Part shown: positions 25,301 to 38,299 of the stretch, piece by piece
Numbering within the stretch: the first letter of the stretch is position 1
Layout: each line of letters begins with the position of its first letter
DNA from: Azolla caroliniana
Lineage: Eukaryota > Plantae > Polypodiophyta
Direction: 5' to 3'
NCBI GenBank assembly: GCA_043228905.1
Contig: JBHGNT010000017.1
Span: forward strand, 7,006,001 to 7,070,000
Length of the DNA: 64,000 bases
Notes under the pieces: model-generated
Databases searched by the model: none
Told to the model about the DNA's origin: nothing
Seen by the model: the letters and a program-made list of their open reading frames with translations, nothing else
Made by a program: the position numbers and the translations under genes

Positions 25301-28300
25301 AGGATTGGCAAACGAAGAGGTCGATCAATACTTACAAGAAAATCCGAAGATCGTACCTCTATTCGAGATTGATGTAGCCGAAGAAGTATCACCGTACATA
25401 CTGCAACCGGACGGGACCGACGAGGAACCGGCAAGCACAGGAGGCATTTGAAAGAGAAATGGCAGTGTCGCAGCGCGTGAAAGCATCCCAACTAGAAGAG
25501 GTAAACCTAGGTACCACAGAGGACGCAAGAACAGTTCACATCACCAAGGAAAAGACCCTGGAAAACAAAACGACAATGATCACACTCCTAAAAGAATTTC
25601 GCAATGTGTTCGCCTGGTCCTATGAGGACATGCGGGGACTTGATCCTCAGTTGTATCAACACCAGATACGTCTGAGTCAAGACGCGAAACCGGTAGCGCA
25701 ACAACGTTACCAGATGAACCCGAATTACGCAGCAAAAGTCAAAGAAGAAATCGACAAGTTGTTAAGGGTTGGCTTCATCCGACCAGTAAAGAAAGCCACA
25801 TGGCTCAGTCCGATAGTCGTAGTACCCAAAAAGAACGGTAAGATAAGATTGTGCGTCGACTACCGGAAATTGAATGCGGTTACGGTAACGGACGCCTTTC
25901 CACTCCCATTCACGGATGGAGTCTTGGATGCGGTCGCCGGTCATGAGGTGTACAGTTTCCTAGACGGGTTCAGCGGCTATAATCAGATCCGGATGCACCC
26001 CGACGACCAGGAGAAAACCGCTTTTGTCACCGAATGGGGAGTCTTTGTTACCATAGTGATGATGTTCGGACTAAAAACGGCGCCGGCCACCTTCCAACGG
26101 ATCATCGTGGAGATTTTTGGAGAATTCATTCTGGCATTCATGCAGGTGTTCTTGGACGACTTCGTTGTTTGTAGCCGGGAAGGGGATCACCTTCAGCACC
26201 TCCGACTATGTTTGGAGAAATGTAGGGTTTACGGGCTAAGCCTTAACCCGGCAAAATGCGTGTTCGGAGTAACCAGCGGAGCGTTACTAGGACACATAGT
26301 AGCAAGGACGGTATCGCAGTAGATCCGGACAAAGTAAAAGCAATCCTGGAGGCACCGGCACCAGCCACGGCAGCACTAAGCCGATTCTTAGGACAAATTC
26401 GGTGGCATAGCCAAATGCTCTGGTATTTGGCCGACCTGGCTACACCATTGCATGTTGCGGTACATCGGACACCGTTCCGATGGACGGACATAGAAGACCA
26501 GGCTTACCGGGCACTAAAAGTATTGTTGTCATAAGCGCCGGTGGTACAACCTCCGGATTGGTCTAAAGAGTTCCATGTGTTCATTGACACGTCCGACATC
26601 GCAATCGGGAGCGCGTTGATGCAACTTACAGAACCAAAATGGTACCAACCAGTGTATTATGCCAGCCGTAAGCTGTCCCAAGCGGAACATAATTATTCCA
26701 CAACGGAAAGAGAGGCCTTGGGTATGATCTACAGTGTCACCAAGTTCAAACACTATCTGTTGGGAAGGAAATTTTCCTTTCACGTAGATCATTCGACGCT
26801 CCTCTACTTGGTGTCCAAAGCATCACTCACCAGGAAACTAGCCCGGTGGACATTACTATTACAAGAATTTGAGTTCAAGATATTCCACCAACCCGGCATA
26901 CAACATGCAGTAGCACACTATTTGAGCTAGTTAGATTCCGGCGAAACCGGTGATGGCGTCCAGACGACTTTCCGGATGCATAACTGTTTAGAGTCACAGC
27001 AGAAACGACAACGGATGGTACGGTCGCAGAGGAAGACAAATGGCTCACCAACATGCACCAATTTCTGAGCACCGGCTTACCTCCAGAGGAGATGAACAGA
27101 GACAAAAGGAAACGCTTAGCGGTTCAAAGCCGGCACTTCTGTCTATTACCGGACACACTGTACCACAAGGGCGCCGATGGCATATGGCGGCGTGCAGTGC
27201 ACAGCGACGAAAAGGAAATAATATTGCGCGAAGCACACTACGGAGTGGCTGGAGGACATTATGCCGGAGACGCTACGGCAAGGAAAATATGCCAGAGTGG
27301 ACTATGGTGGTCGACAACATTGAAGGATGTAGTCCGGTACGCTAAAGAATGCGACCTATGTCAGCGAATGGGCCAACCAACCGAACAAGCCAGAATGCCT
27401 CACCAGCCTATGCTACCATTAGAACCATTTCAGAAATGGGGGCTGGATTTTGTCGGTCCATTCAAACCACCAACAATGAGAACCGGCAACCGGTACGTAA
27501 TTGTCGCTATGGATTATTGTACAAAATGGGTGGAAGCCAAAGCACTACGCGACAACACCATGGCATCCACGACAAAAATTTTATATGAAAACATCTGGTG
27601 CCGGTATGGATGTCCGATAGAGCTAATAAGTGACCAAGGTGGGCACTTCTTAGGGCAAGTAGTAGAAAGTTTGATGACATTTTATGCGGTGGTGTACAAA
27701 CGGAGCACTCCCTATTATCCGCAAGCCAACGGATTAGCTGAGTCAACAAATAAAACACTACAAAACATCCTGCGAAAAATCATCAATGAGAATCGGACGG
27801 ATTGGGATACAAAGTTGCACAGTGCACTCTGGGCCTACCGAACGGCATATAAGACAAGTATCCGCACAACACCATTTCGCCTAGCATTCGGATTGGAAGT
27901 AGTGATGCCAGTAGAGTTCCAGGTACCGAGTTTACGAATGCATATTCAGGAACGCCTAAATGAGAAGGAATCGGAAGCTATCCGGTTAGCCGAGCTGTGC
28001 GAATTGGAAGAACACCAGCTAGCCAGCATCATGCACCTAGAACTAGAGCAGCGACGAAGGAAAGCGTTTGTGGATCGTCACCGGAAAGGGAACGAAAAGA
28101 TGTTCGGAATTGGTAAGCCGGTACTAGTATTCCATACCCGGATGGGTAAGATGCCGGGGAAGCTACGGTTTCGGTGGACCAGACCATACTGGATTACACG
28201 TGAGTTCAACGGTTCCTACCAATTAGGGACACTCGCCGGCGAGGTTCTGGGTAAATGGGTCAATGGGTTCCGACTCAAACCATACAATGGACCCATGCCA

Positions 28301-28522
28301 AGAAACCCATTTGAACAAGTAAAGGCCGACACAGAGCCGGACACCGGTAAGTCGAATGAAACGGCAACACAATCGCAATCGGGAAGAGGGAGCACAAGCC
28401 GGCAAACAGCAAGGACAACGCGACGGCAGGCCGTCCCGCAGCCGGCAAATCCCACCATTTGGATAGGGGTCCGGCGAGACTGGATGCGAATTAACCAAAA
28501 CATTTTATCTTCAAAAAAATAA
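22392..28522 (+). pseudogene. gag-pol of the Athila/Tat-related gypsy, disrupted by stops and frameshifts
   Basis: ORF pieces 22392, 22957, 23557, 25459, 26541 and 27053 carry gag, zinc knuckle, RT, RNase H and integrase motifs. Confidence 0.92.
22633..23324 (+). repeat. 346-bp tandem duplication in the gag N-terminal region
   Basis: GCGAAGGCGAATCCGAAGC... begins at 22633 and again at 22979. The copies are near-identical and the length is not a multiple of 3. Confidence 0.95.
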
Positions 28523-28737
28523 AAAAATAAAAAAATAAAAAATAAAATAAAATCAATCAAAGTAAATCATGCAAGGGTGAGGTGTGAACGGACACATGCA
28601 AGAACAAGGAGTGAACAGGCACATTGAAAAGGTACATAGTGGGCTATTAATAGGATATTAAACCGCCGCCACATGGCACGTCATTCTATTTTAGTACACG
28701 ATGTGCACACGCGCGAGTCAGAAAAAAAGGCGTCAAC

Positions 28738-31724
28738 ATGCAGCAAGAAAACTCCCACTGCATGGAAGCCTTCACATTTCGTGAACAGGGGAGCACAAAC
28801 AAGCATAGGCGATTGAAGATCATCATACGCGAGCCCACGCACACAGAGCCTCCTCAACCACACCCCTCACCAGCACTCACCGACCTCGAAGAAGCCATGG
28901 ACTGCCAAGCACTCTCTGAAACAGCCAAGAAGTGGCTAAAGCAACACGGGTTAGAAGGTTTCCTCACAATCATGGAGGCTCCACCGCACTGGGAGGCAGA
29001 GAAGATAGTAAAGGAGATCGACACGGAACTGATCACGGAGGAAGTCGTCCATGCTTTGATTGGCCTTCCGGAAGGGGGCATCTTCACTATCGACAACCCT
29101 ACCCCAGAGCAGCTTCGAAAATATTTTGGGGAATACTCTCTGGCCAGCAAGGCCTACCGGACACAGGGCGGCGAAGATCCACCCTTTCGGGAGATTGCCC
29201 GTGTGCTCCATGAATTTGGACATGTATACCCTCGACCCCCGTGCATGCCTCAAAACCGGGTCGGCTTAATCATAGCAACATATGAAGGCGTGAAGGTGGA
29301 CTAGCCGGTACTGATTGCGGATGGCCTCTGTGCAACCATCGACTCCGTCAAAGGCAAGGAGGGTCAGAAGATATGGATGGTAGTGGCGCAATGGCTCACC
29401 CTATTGGCGCCACTTATCGAGCCCGTCAAGACCACGAAGCGGGGAAGAACAACCGATGGCACCCCGAAAACGGCCTCAAAACGGCAGCAGTTGTTGGCCT
29501 CTAAGGCAACCAAAGGGAAGGCGCCTGACACGGACTAGGCGGCAAAGGAGCATGCCAATAGGAAGCGGTAGGTGGAAACGCAGGAGGAGCCACCGGCACA
29601 GCCAATCAAGATCAGGCTTCACCGACTGGTTCAACAAGCGTCGGACCCCTTGGCGGCGAAAATCAACATCGGGACTCAGGAGGAGGAAGCAGAGGAGGAA
29701 CCGTGAGAGCACCTCCAACGGCGCCAGAAGGCAAGCACCTCCGAACAGGCCGAGGAGCGTTCGGACCCAAAGAAGGACAGAATGCCTATACCCCGCACTG
29801 AGCAGCCTGCACCAAGGATGGAACCGGAACCGGTTCGGACAGAACCGGTCACAGAGCTCCTTGCACAACAACCTCTACCGGGGGGTCAGAATACGGCAAG
29901 ACCCGAAATGCAAGTGCCGGAAGTACAGTTGCCTACCCCACCGGCAAGCCAAGAGCATTCAGAGGCGGAGCAGCCAATGGAGCTGCAACTAGAACCAGAA
30001 CCAGAACGGCAAAGTGGTCACCAACAAGAGCCAGAGTTGTAGCTCAACGCAACCGGACAAAACCGACCACTAGCCAGCGACACCCACAGCCAACCCTCCG
30101 GGCAAACGCAACAATAGGGCACCAGCAGCCAATGGCTCCGATGGATTGGAGAATAGATTGCCGGAGTGGTACACTACATAGAGGCGGAAGAGAAAGCGCA
30201 GATGGATCAGTTGCTCGTCACAACCAGAGAATTAGAGACAGCCCGGTCAAGGATCCGGACCTTAGAACAAGACTTGGACCTGGCCACAGAAGAATTGGCC
30301 AAAATGGCCTTAACCGGACCATCGATCCAAGCACTGGTGACTCCGGTAGATGTACAGAATAAAGAAACACCAGCACCTGTACATAGCAATAAGACCCCGG
30401 AGACGGAACCAGTCCCGGAGATAGTGGCGGCGCAAGCAAAAGAGCTTGATGAATTGAGAGATGAACTGGCCGCACAAGAAGCATTACGCACCTGAGAGCA
30501 GGACTTGAAGAAAGCGGCAGAAGAAGAGCAAAGAAAGACTACTGAGAACCTCCGCTGGGCAGAAGAGAATCTGGGGAAAGGACATCAGGCATATGACCGG
30601 CTGAAGGAGGAGAAAGAGAAGGCGCTGCAAGAAAAGGAGAAGCTACGACGGATGGTGGAAATAGAGATAGAAAGACTTAAAGAAGAACTCCGTCAACAGA
30701 AGGATCGGGAGGACCGCGCTCGCCGGCAACTCAACCAAAAGCTGAAGCAGAAGACCAAGGATTTGGAGCACCTGCATCGGGACTACAAGCACCTAGATAC
30801 AGAGCATAAGAAACAACAGGAGAAGATGGCAGAGTTCCGGTAGGAGGTGCATCGAGTTGAGACGGTGCTAGCGGAGGTACGGGCTGAAAGAACCACGTTG
30901 CTGGAGGAAGCCGCACAAGAACGGATGGAGCTCCATAAGCAACATTATGAAGAGAAGGAAAGAGCGACAATGGTATTGCAGAAGTTGCATACCACCTATC
31001 AAAACCAATTGTCACATTACTGGGAGCAGGAGGTGGATACGGTGGCACTAATCAAGCAATTGAAGGACGAACGGCAAGCCGCGGAGGACAAATCGAAGAT
31101 GGGATTGGAGCGGATCCAGTTCATTGTCCAGCCATGGAGGAACAAGACCAAACGCTTGATTGACGAAAGCTCCGCGCAATGGTGGAACAAATGGGCAAAG
31201 CACACAACCGAGCTTTAGTTGCTAAGGGCGGACGCGGAAAACCGGCAAAAGGATGGCGACGACTGCTACATGCTAACAAAAGAGGACTTCACCGCCGTAA
31301 GAGATGAGTTAGCAGAAGATTTTGTAACTCTGGTGGAGGAACAGTCAACGGTGGTCCGGCAACTGGTAGCACAGCTAGACGACGATCGACTGGATGCTCA
31401 AATCCAGTTTGAAAGCTATGAGGGACCAGGCTACAGAGAGAAGAAGCAAAGCAGGCGGCGACCGTCAACCTCAGTGATGAGGAGCCATCACCGGAGCAAG
31501 GACCAGACGGAGACAAGGCCGGGGCGAGTCAACCGGAGTCAAATCTGGCAGAGCAGCTAACAGAAGAATCACCGCCACAACCGCCGGTACTGGGAGCCGA
31601 ACAGACGCAGCAATAGCAATAGCCACAACAGCAGCAACCACAGCCACAACAACAGCAACAGAGTTCCAAAGAACCATTGGACACCCTGGAGCAGAGTATT
31701 CTGGATATCTTGGACGACAGCTAA
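28738..31724 (+). pseudogene. Extra (env-position) ORF of the gypsy: folded N-domain, Pro/Glu linker, long coiled coil, Gln-rich tail
   Basis: ORFs starting at 28738, 29782, 30166, 30505, 30847 and 31219 are all in one frame, separated by point stops. There is a probable frameshift near 31420. Confidence 0.8.
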
Positions 31725-32056
31725 GGGATGGATAGTGGGATTCGACGTACAAGGTACTGTCCCACGGGCGTGCCATGTGTTACCCGGCCGGCAAAGGAGT
31801 TAAAGACCAGAATGTGAAAGGGATGGTTATTCAGAATCTATTTTAATTAAGTAGAATAGATTATAATTAAGTAGTGAACGGACGGACCGGAATCGGTATG
31901 CCGATCCGGATCCGGACCGGTTCCAAATAGGTGCTGATTGGCACCATTTTGTACTCAGCACCGGTGACCTATATAAAGGCCCGGTTACAATGTAAAACTT
32001 TAACGGAGAGTTAATATAAGCTTCTTGTTTTATCTTCACGTATTGATTACCGTTCT

Positions 32057-33142
32057 CGAAAGAGAAGAACGAGAGCAAAGGCCTACTCGATGTAATCCAT
32101 TCCAATGTATGGGAACCAGCTCAAATGGCTACATTCGGCAGATGTTGATATTATGTGACCTTTATCGATGACTTCTCCAGGCACACCTAGATCTACCCCA
32201 TGCGGCAAAAGAGCGAAGTGTTCAGACACTTCCAAAAATTTAAGAATGAAGTCGAGAAAGCTACTGGTTGGCATGTTCGATGTCTTCGATCAGATGGAGG
32301 CAGGGAATACTTCTCCGATGCATTCACGACATACCTTCGACAGGAAGGAATCAAGCGAGAATTTTAGTGTCAACATACACCACAACATAATGGAGTAGTT
32401 GAAGGGAAGAATAGACACATGCTTGAAGTAGCAAGGGTCATGCTAAACGAGAAGCATATGCCCAAGACATATTGGGTAGAAGCTTCAAATACTATTGTCT
32501 ACCTCATGAATCAGTGCACAACATCGGGAGTGCATGATGTAACCGCACACAAGAAGTACTATGGAAGGAAACCGGATCTATCCCATGTAAGGCTATTCGG
32601 TTCAATTGCGTATGTGCACATTCCTGATGAGAAGCGGCAAAAGCTTGACCAAAAATCAGAGAAGTGCATCCTCGTGGGGTACTCACTAGAGCAAAAGGGG
32701 TACAAGTGCTATAATCCATCTACCCGGAAAGTTTGAGTGAGTCGGCACGTTTTCGATGAGTCGACATTCTGGTACAAACTAGAGATGACTCCGACTCCAA
32801 CCCCAGTCGACCCGAACTTGGCCAACCAAGAGATAGAAGACGAAGATCAACCGAGGCATATGTTCGAAGAATGTCCAATCACGACTAGGCTTAGTGGGAC
32901 ACAAGAGCTATCAAATGACTAGAGCACATCTCGACCGAGTCTGAAGATGGACAAAGGCAAGGCCAAAATGCCGGAATATGAAGATGATCAATTCGACGGC
33001 AAGCTCTCAGCAAGAATGAGACATGGGATTTCGTCCCTCACTCACCTCACAGGAAGGCAATCAGTTGCAGATGGATATACAAAGTGAAGTATAATGCCGA
33101 CAACTCCGTCAACCGCTACAAAGCTCGAGTCGTAGCAAAAGG
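32057..33142 (+). mobile_element. Ty1/copia (family B) fragment 2: integrase and start of RT
   Basis: LDVIHSNVW, LRSDGGREY, KSEKCILVGYSLEQKGYKCY, KYNADNSVNRYKARVVAKG. Interrupted at 33143 by an LTR. Confidence 0.9.
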
Positions 33143-35372
33143 TGTCAGGAACTGCACGCTCCGATGAACACCGCTCGGCCACAACCGAGTCTAAGATCAA
33201 AACACAGAAAAAACGGGAATGAAAGCACGACACAAAGGAGAGAAGAGTACACAGGATGTTTACGTGGAAAACCCAAACTCGGGAAAAAACCACGGCAACC
33301 CACAAACCGCAAACTATCATTATGTCAGAATGTACAATAAGAAAGCACCGAGGCCACGACCTCGAGCTTGCTATCTTCGCCACAAGCGGCGGTTACAATC
33401 AGAGGCAACGACCTCTTCCTCTCTCTCACTCTCTCTGTACACAGTTGCGCGCTCTAATCTTGCGCCAACAAGAAAATAACAACTACACCTCAATAAGTTT
33501 GCCCTAAGTCATATTTATACTAATAAGACTTTTCAGCTATTTACAAATATAGCCTCGATGGACTCTCAGGAACATATTTACGAATATGTCTCTTCATCCG
33601 GTGAGCACTCCTCACCGGGCCTGCATCATCCGGCGCTTGCCGGGTACTTGCCATCCGGTTCTCACCGGGTCTTCCGTTTCCGGGTACTCTTCATCCGGTT
33701 CTCACCGGGTTTGCACCATCCGACTCTCCGTAGCCGGGTTCTCCTCATCCGGTTTCAGCCTCGGCCGATCATCAGGACTGTTCTTCTCCCTTCCCATCCG
33801 AAGGGACCTATCTCCCAACAAAAACTCCCCCTTCACTCCGGCATGGGGTGTCTTGCCAGTCTGATCCGCTTCCGACATGCTTCCAACTTGTCGGGTACCA
33901 ATACTTTGGTCAGCATATCTGACCCGTTCTCGGCTTTGTGGATCTTCATCAGCACGAACTCCTGGTCGTCTACTCTTTCCCGGATCCAGTGATACCTTCG
34001 CTGGATATGCTTCATCCGGGAATGGTAGGCCGCATTCTTAGCAAGGTAGATGGCACTTTGACTGTCGCAATAGAGCCGGTATTCATCTTGCCGGATACCG
34101 AGCTCTCCGATGAAGTCCTTCATCCATAATATTTCCTTGCCGGCTTCCACAGCCGCCATGTACTCCGCCTCCGTGGTTGACAACGCAACCGTCTTCTGCA
34201 GCCTCGACTGCCACGAAACAGCTCCCCCTGCATATGTCATTACATACCTGGATGTAGACCGGCTAGTATCCACATCAGCCGACATGTCCGAATCAGTAAA
34301 ACCGTCAAGTTGAGGTTTACCGGAGCCGAATCGAAGACACATGTTTGAAGTCCCCTTCAAGTACCGGAGTATCCACTTGACCGCGTTCCAATGCTCCTTG
34401 TCGGGATTGCTCATAAACCGGCTCACCACTCCGACTGCGTATCCTATGTCCGGTCAGGTACACACCATTGCGTACATCAAGCTCCCGACGACAGAGGCAT
34501 ATAGAACCTTCATCATATCAGCCTTCTCTGCTTTTGTCTTCAGGCTTTGCTTACCGGATAATCTGTAGTTTACCAAGAGTGTCGATCCGACCGGTTTCGC
34601 TTCCAACATGTTGAACCGCTGAAGCACCTTTGTCACGTACTTCTCTTGTGACAGCCACAATTGCTTCATTGGCCGGTTCCGGATGATATGCATCCCTAGC
34701 ATCTGTCTTGCCGAACCCAAGTCTTTCATTGAGAAGGTCTGATTGAGAGCCTTCTTCAGCATTCGTATTTTGGCTTGGTCTCGTCCGACGATCAACATGT
34801 CGTCCACGTACAGAAGGAGTATCAGGAAGTCGCCTCCTTCGAACTTCTTCACAAACATGCAATGATGGCCTACGTCTTGTGGTACCCTTGATCGGTCATG
34901 AAGGAGTCGAACTTCCGGTACCATTTCCGGGGAGCCTGCTTCAGTCCATAGAGGTTCTTCTTCAACTGGCAAACCAGGTGCTCCTTCCCTTTCTCCACAA
35001 ATCCTTCCGGTTGCTACATGTAGATCTCCTCTTCGAGGTCACCGTGAAGGAATGTCGTCTTCACGTCCAGCTGCTCTACCTCGAGGTCCATGCTTGCTGC
35101 GATACTCAGCACCGTCCGGATGGAGGTCATCTTTACTACCGGGGAAAATATCTCGTCGAAGTCCACGCCCTTCTTCTACTGGAACCCCTTCACCACGATC
35201 CAGGCTTTGTATCTCGGGGGGTTGCCGGCATCTCCCGGTTTCAACTTGTACACCCACTTGTTTCGGAGTGCCCGCTTTCCTTTCGGCAACTCCACCAATT
35301 TGTACGTATGGTTCTCATGCAGGGAATCCATCTCGTCCTGCATGGCACTTAACCATTTTTGGTTGTGGATGT

Positions 35373-36185
35373 TGTTGGGAGACAGGTCCCTCCGGATGGG
35401 AAGAGAGAAGAACAGTGCAGATGAACAAACTCAGCCGAGGCCGAAACCGGATGACGAGTACCCGGCTACGGAGAGTCGGATGGTGCAGACCCGGTGAGAA
35501 CCGAATGAGGAGTACCCGGCTACGGAGAGCCGGATGGTGCAGACCCGGTGAAGACCGGATGAGGAGTGCCCGGCTAAGGAGAGCCGGATGGTGCAGACCC
35601 GGTGAAGAGCGGATGAGGAGTACCCGGCTACGGAGAGCTGGATGGTGCAGACCCGGTGAAGACTGGATGAGGAGTACCCGGCTACGGAGAGCCAGATGGT
35701 GTAGACCCAGTGAGGAATGCTCACCGGATGAAGAGACATATTCGTAAATATGTTTCTGAGAGTCCATCGAGGCTATATTTGTAGATAGCCGAAAAGTCAT
35801 ATTAGTATAAATATGACTTAGGGCAAACTTCTAGTAAGTGTTGTTGTCATTCTTGTTGGTGTAAGGAGTGAGAGAGCGCGTAACTGTGTACAGAGAGAGA
35901 GAGAGAGAGAAAGAGGTTGTTGCCTCTGTTGTAACCGCCGCCGCCTGTGGCGAAGATCGTGAGCACGAGGTCGTTGCCTCCGTGAACTCACTATTGTACA
36001 TTCTAGCATAGTGATAGTTTGTAGCCTGTGAGCTGCCGTGGTTTTTCCCTAGTTTGGGTTTTCCACGTAAACATCCTGCGTACTCCTCTCTTCTTCGTGT
36101 CGTGCTTTATTTCCTGTTTTCTGTGTATGATTCTGAGCTTAGTTGTGGGCGAGCGTTGCGTATAGGGAGTGTTTAGTTCCTGTCA
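35373..36185 (+). mobile_element. Solo LTR of copia family C, inserted antisense into a family-C element; TSD GATGT
   Basis: TG...CA ends. GATGT at 35368-35372 and 36186-36190. It is the reverse-complement homologue of 33143-33820, and the host frame resumes on both sides. Confidence 0.95.
35447..35716 (+). repeat. 54-bp tandem repeat x5 in U3 of the solo LTR
   Basis: Unit CCGGATGAGGAGTACCCGGCTACGGAGAGCCGGATGGTGCAGACCCGGTGAAGA. Fewer, degenerate copies occur at ~33600-33755. Confidence 0.92.
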
Positions 36186-38299
36186 GATGTCATCCTTCGC
36201 TTCTTCGAAGCTTTCTGGCTCTCCCTCATCGGTCAGCAGCACATGCTCTGAGTCCGGAAATCTTCGGGGGGCCCTTCTCTCTCTGAGAGGATATCTCCGT
36301 CTTTGGACTTCGGTAACCGGCTCCTCCATTTGATCTTCATCCGAATCCGATTCGGGGTCTTGGCCGGTTCCGGTTCCAACTTCCTCTACTTCTTCTTCTG
36401 CCGGTTCGGTATCCTCACCGTAACCAGATGGTTCCTCGAGTGCTAACCTGTCTCTTGTCGGTTGGGTCTGCTCATCATAGAATTGATCCTTACCGGTCGA
36501 CTCGGAGTTCATTATCTTCTTCTCCGACTCCCAGTCGGCGAGCATCTTGTCCTCCATGAAGATAATATCTCGACTCCGGAATACCTTCTTGTCGACCAGG
36601 TCCCACACTCGGTAGCCGAACTCATCGTCGCCGTAACCGAGGAATATGCATGGCCGGGTCTTCGGATCTAGTTTTCCTCTCCGGTCCTTAACTACATGCA
36701 CATACGCAAGACACCTGAATACCTTCAAATGCCGGTAGGACACTTCCTTACCCGTCCAGACTCTCTGTGGCGTGTCTCCGTCCAAGGGTACTGAGGGTGA
36801 TCTGTTTATCACATACGTCGTTGTCGACAATGCCTCAGCCCAAAATGCCTTGGGTAGTTTTGCATGCGCTAGCATACTCCGGACCCTCTCCATTATGGTC
36901 TGGTTCATCCTCTCGACCAGCCCGTTTAGTTTCGGCATCTTTGGCACGGTGAATTCGAGCTGGATTCCCTTCGAGCGACAGTACTCCTTGAACTGTCCCC
37001 GGTATTCACCTCTGTTATCTGCTCGAACCACCTTCAGCTTCCGGCCGATTTCTCTTTCCACTCTCGCGTGGAGCTCTTTGAAGACGGATAGCACCTGATC
37101 CTTCGTCTTCAATGGTGTGGCCCACAGCTTCCGGCTGTGGTCATCTATGAACGTCACGAAGTACTGCGATCCTACATGTGACTTCACGTCCACTTGACAC
37201 ACATCAGTATGCACCAACTCCAGTGGTGCATTACGTCTCATCGGTGGCCTCGATCAGAAGGAGGTCCGGTTTGCTTTCCGGCCAGACAATCAATGCACTT
37301 CTCCAAGTGCACGTTCTTCACTGGAATGAGGTTGTCGTCTGCAAGCCTCTTCATCCCCTTCTCGCTCATGTGACACAACCTCTTGTGCCACAGCTCACCG
37401 GCAGCGTCAGATGCCACGTTCACTTCCTCCGGACATAACCGGGCATTCATCAGGTACAACGTGTTTACCTTCCGGGCCCGAGCCACAATCAGGCTCCCTT
37501 TGCTGAACTTCATAACACCGTTCCGGATGCTACCCGTGTAGCCTTCATCATCTAGCCGATCGGTTGATATCAGGTTCAGACGAACCTCTGGAACGTGTCG
37601 GACATCCTTCAGTAGCAGCTTGCATCCGGTTGGTGTTGTCAGCCACACATCTCCTATGCCATCAATTCGGCATGTACCTTCATTCCCCATCCGGACACAG
37701 CCGTGATCACCGGCTGAGTAGGATGAGAAGCATTTCCGGTCCGGGGTAAGGTGGAACGACGCTCCGGAGTCGACCACCCAGGTCATCTCATCGCCGGCAA
37801 GGTTTATCTCACTCTCCTCGGTGATGAGCATCAACTCTTCTTCACTTGCCGCGATTGCCGTCGTTCCCTTCTGGTCCGGCCCCCTCCGGTCTTTACCGTT
37901 CCGGTCCGGTGTCCGCTTCGAATCGGTACCGTCAGTTTCCTTGTATTTGCAATCGGTTCCTAAAGTAGACTCACGTGCTCAACTGTCGACAAATATTATA
38001 CATGTTGTGATTGTGGGGAGTAGAAGCTATTAAAGCATATTGCGGAAACAAACTTAGCTCAATCTTGTTTAAACGATCATTTGTTTATAACCAAGCTTGC
38101 ATACATCCTCTAACCTTGTACTCAAGACCATTTTCTTAAATCTTGCATTCTCAATGATAATAATTTGTAGTTTTGCTTTCAAAGAAATCAAATTTCTCAT
38201 AAGCATTGTCTCCATCATGACTGAATTTGTTGCATTCAAGAAGCTTTGATGTTCTCACCTATTTGACATTGTGAAATGGTTTAAGATATGGAGAGTAAA

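Larger units (their letters stand above)
21897..32056 (+). mobile_element. Ty3/gypsy non-chromovirus (Athila/Tat-related) with an extra 3' ORF; 5' LTR 21897-~22336, truncated 3' LTR 31778-32056
   Basis: Both LTRs start TGTTACC and are highly similar. PBS TGGCGACCAC at 22344 (tRNA-Arg-like). Order gag, PR (IIDGG), RT (LCVDYRKLN, FLDGFSGYNQI, FLDDF), RH (YYASRKL), INT (KWGLDFVGP, YYPQANGLAE). Confidence 0.95.
33143..37957 (-). mobile_element. Ty1/copia (family C): 3' LTR 33143-33820, RH/RT/INT/PR; most of gag and the 5' LTR are missing
   Basis: PPT AAGGGGGAG next to the LTR. Motifs WVVDSGAS, LWHKRLCH, VRADNRGEY, LLYVDDML, FTDSDMSAD. Confidence 0.93.

Noticed and set aside
35052-35800. ORFs with 18-aa repeats (MRSTRLRRAGWCRPGED)
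   Set aside because: They are a by-product of the 54-bp LTR tandem repeat, open in several frames on both strands.
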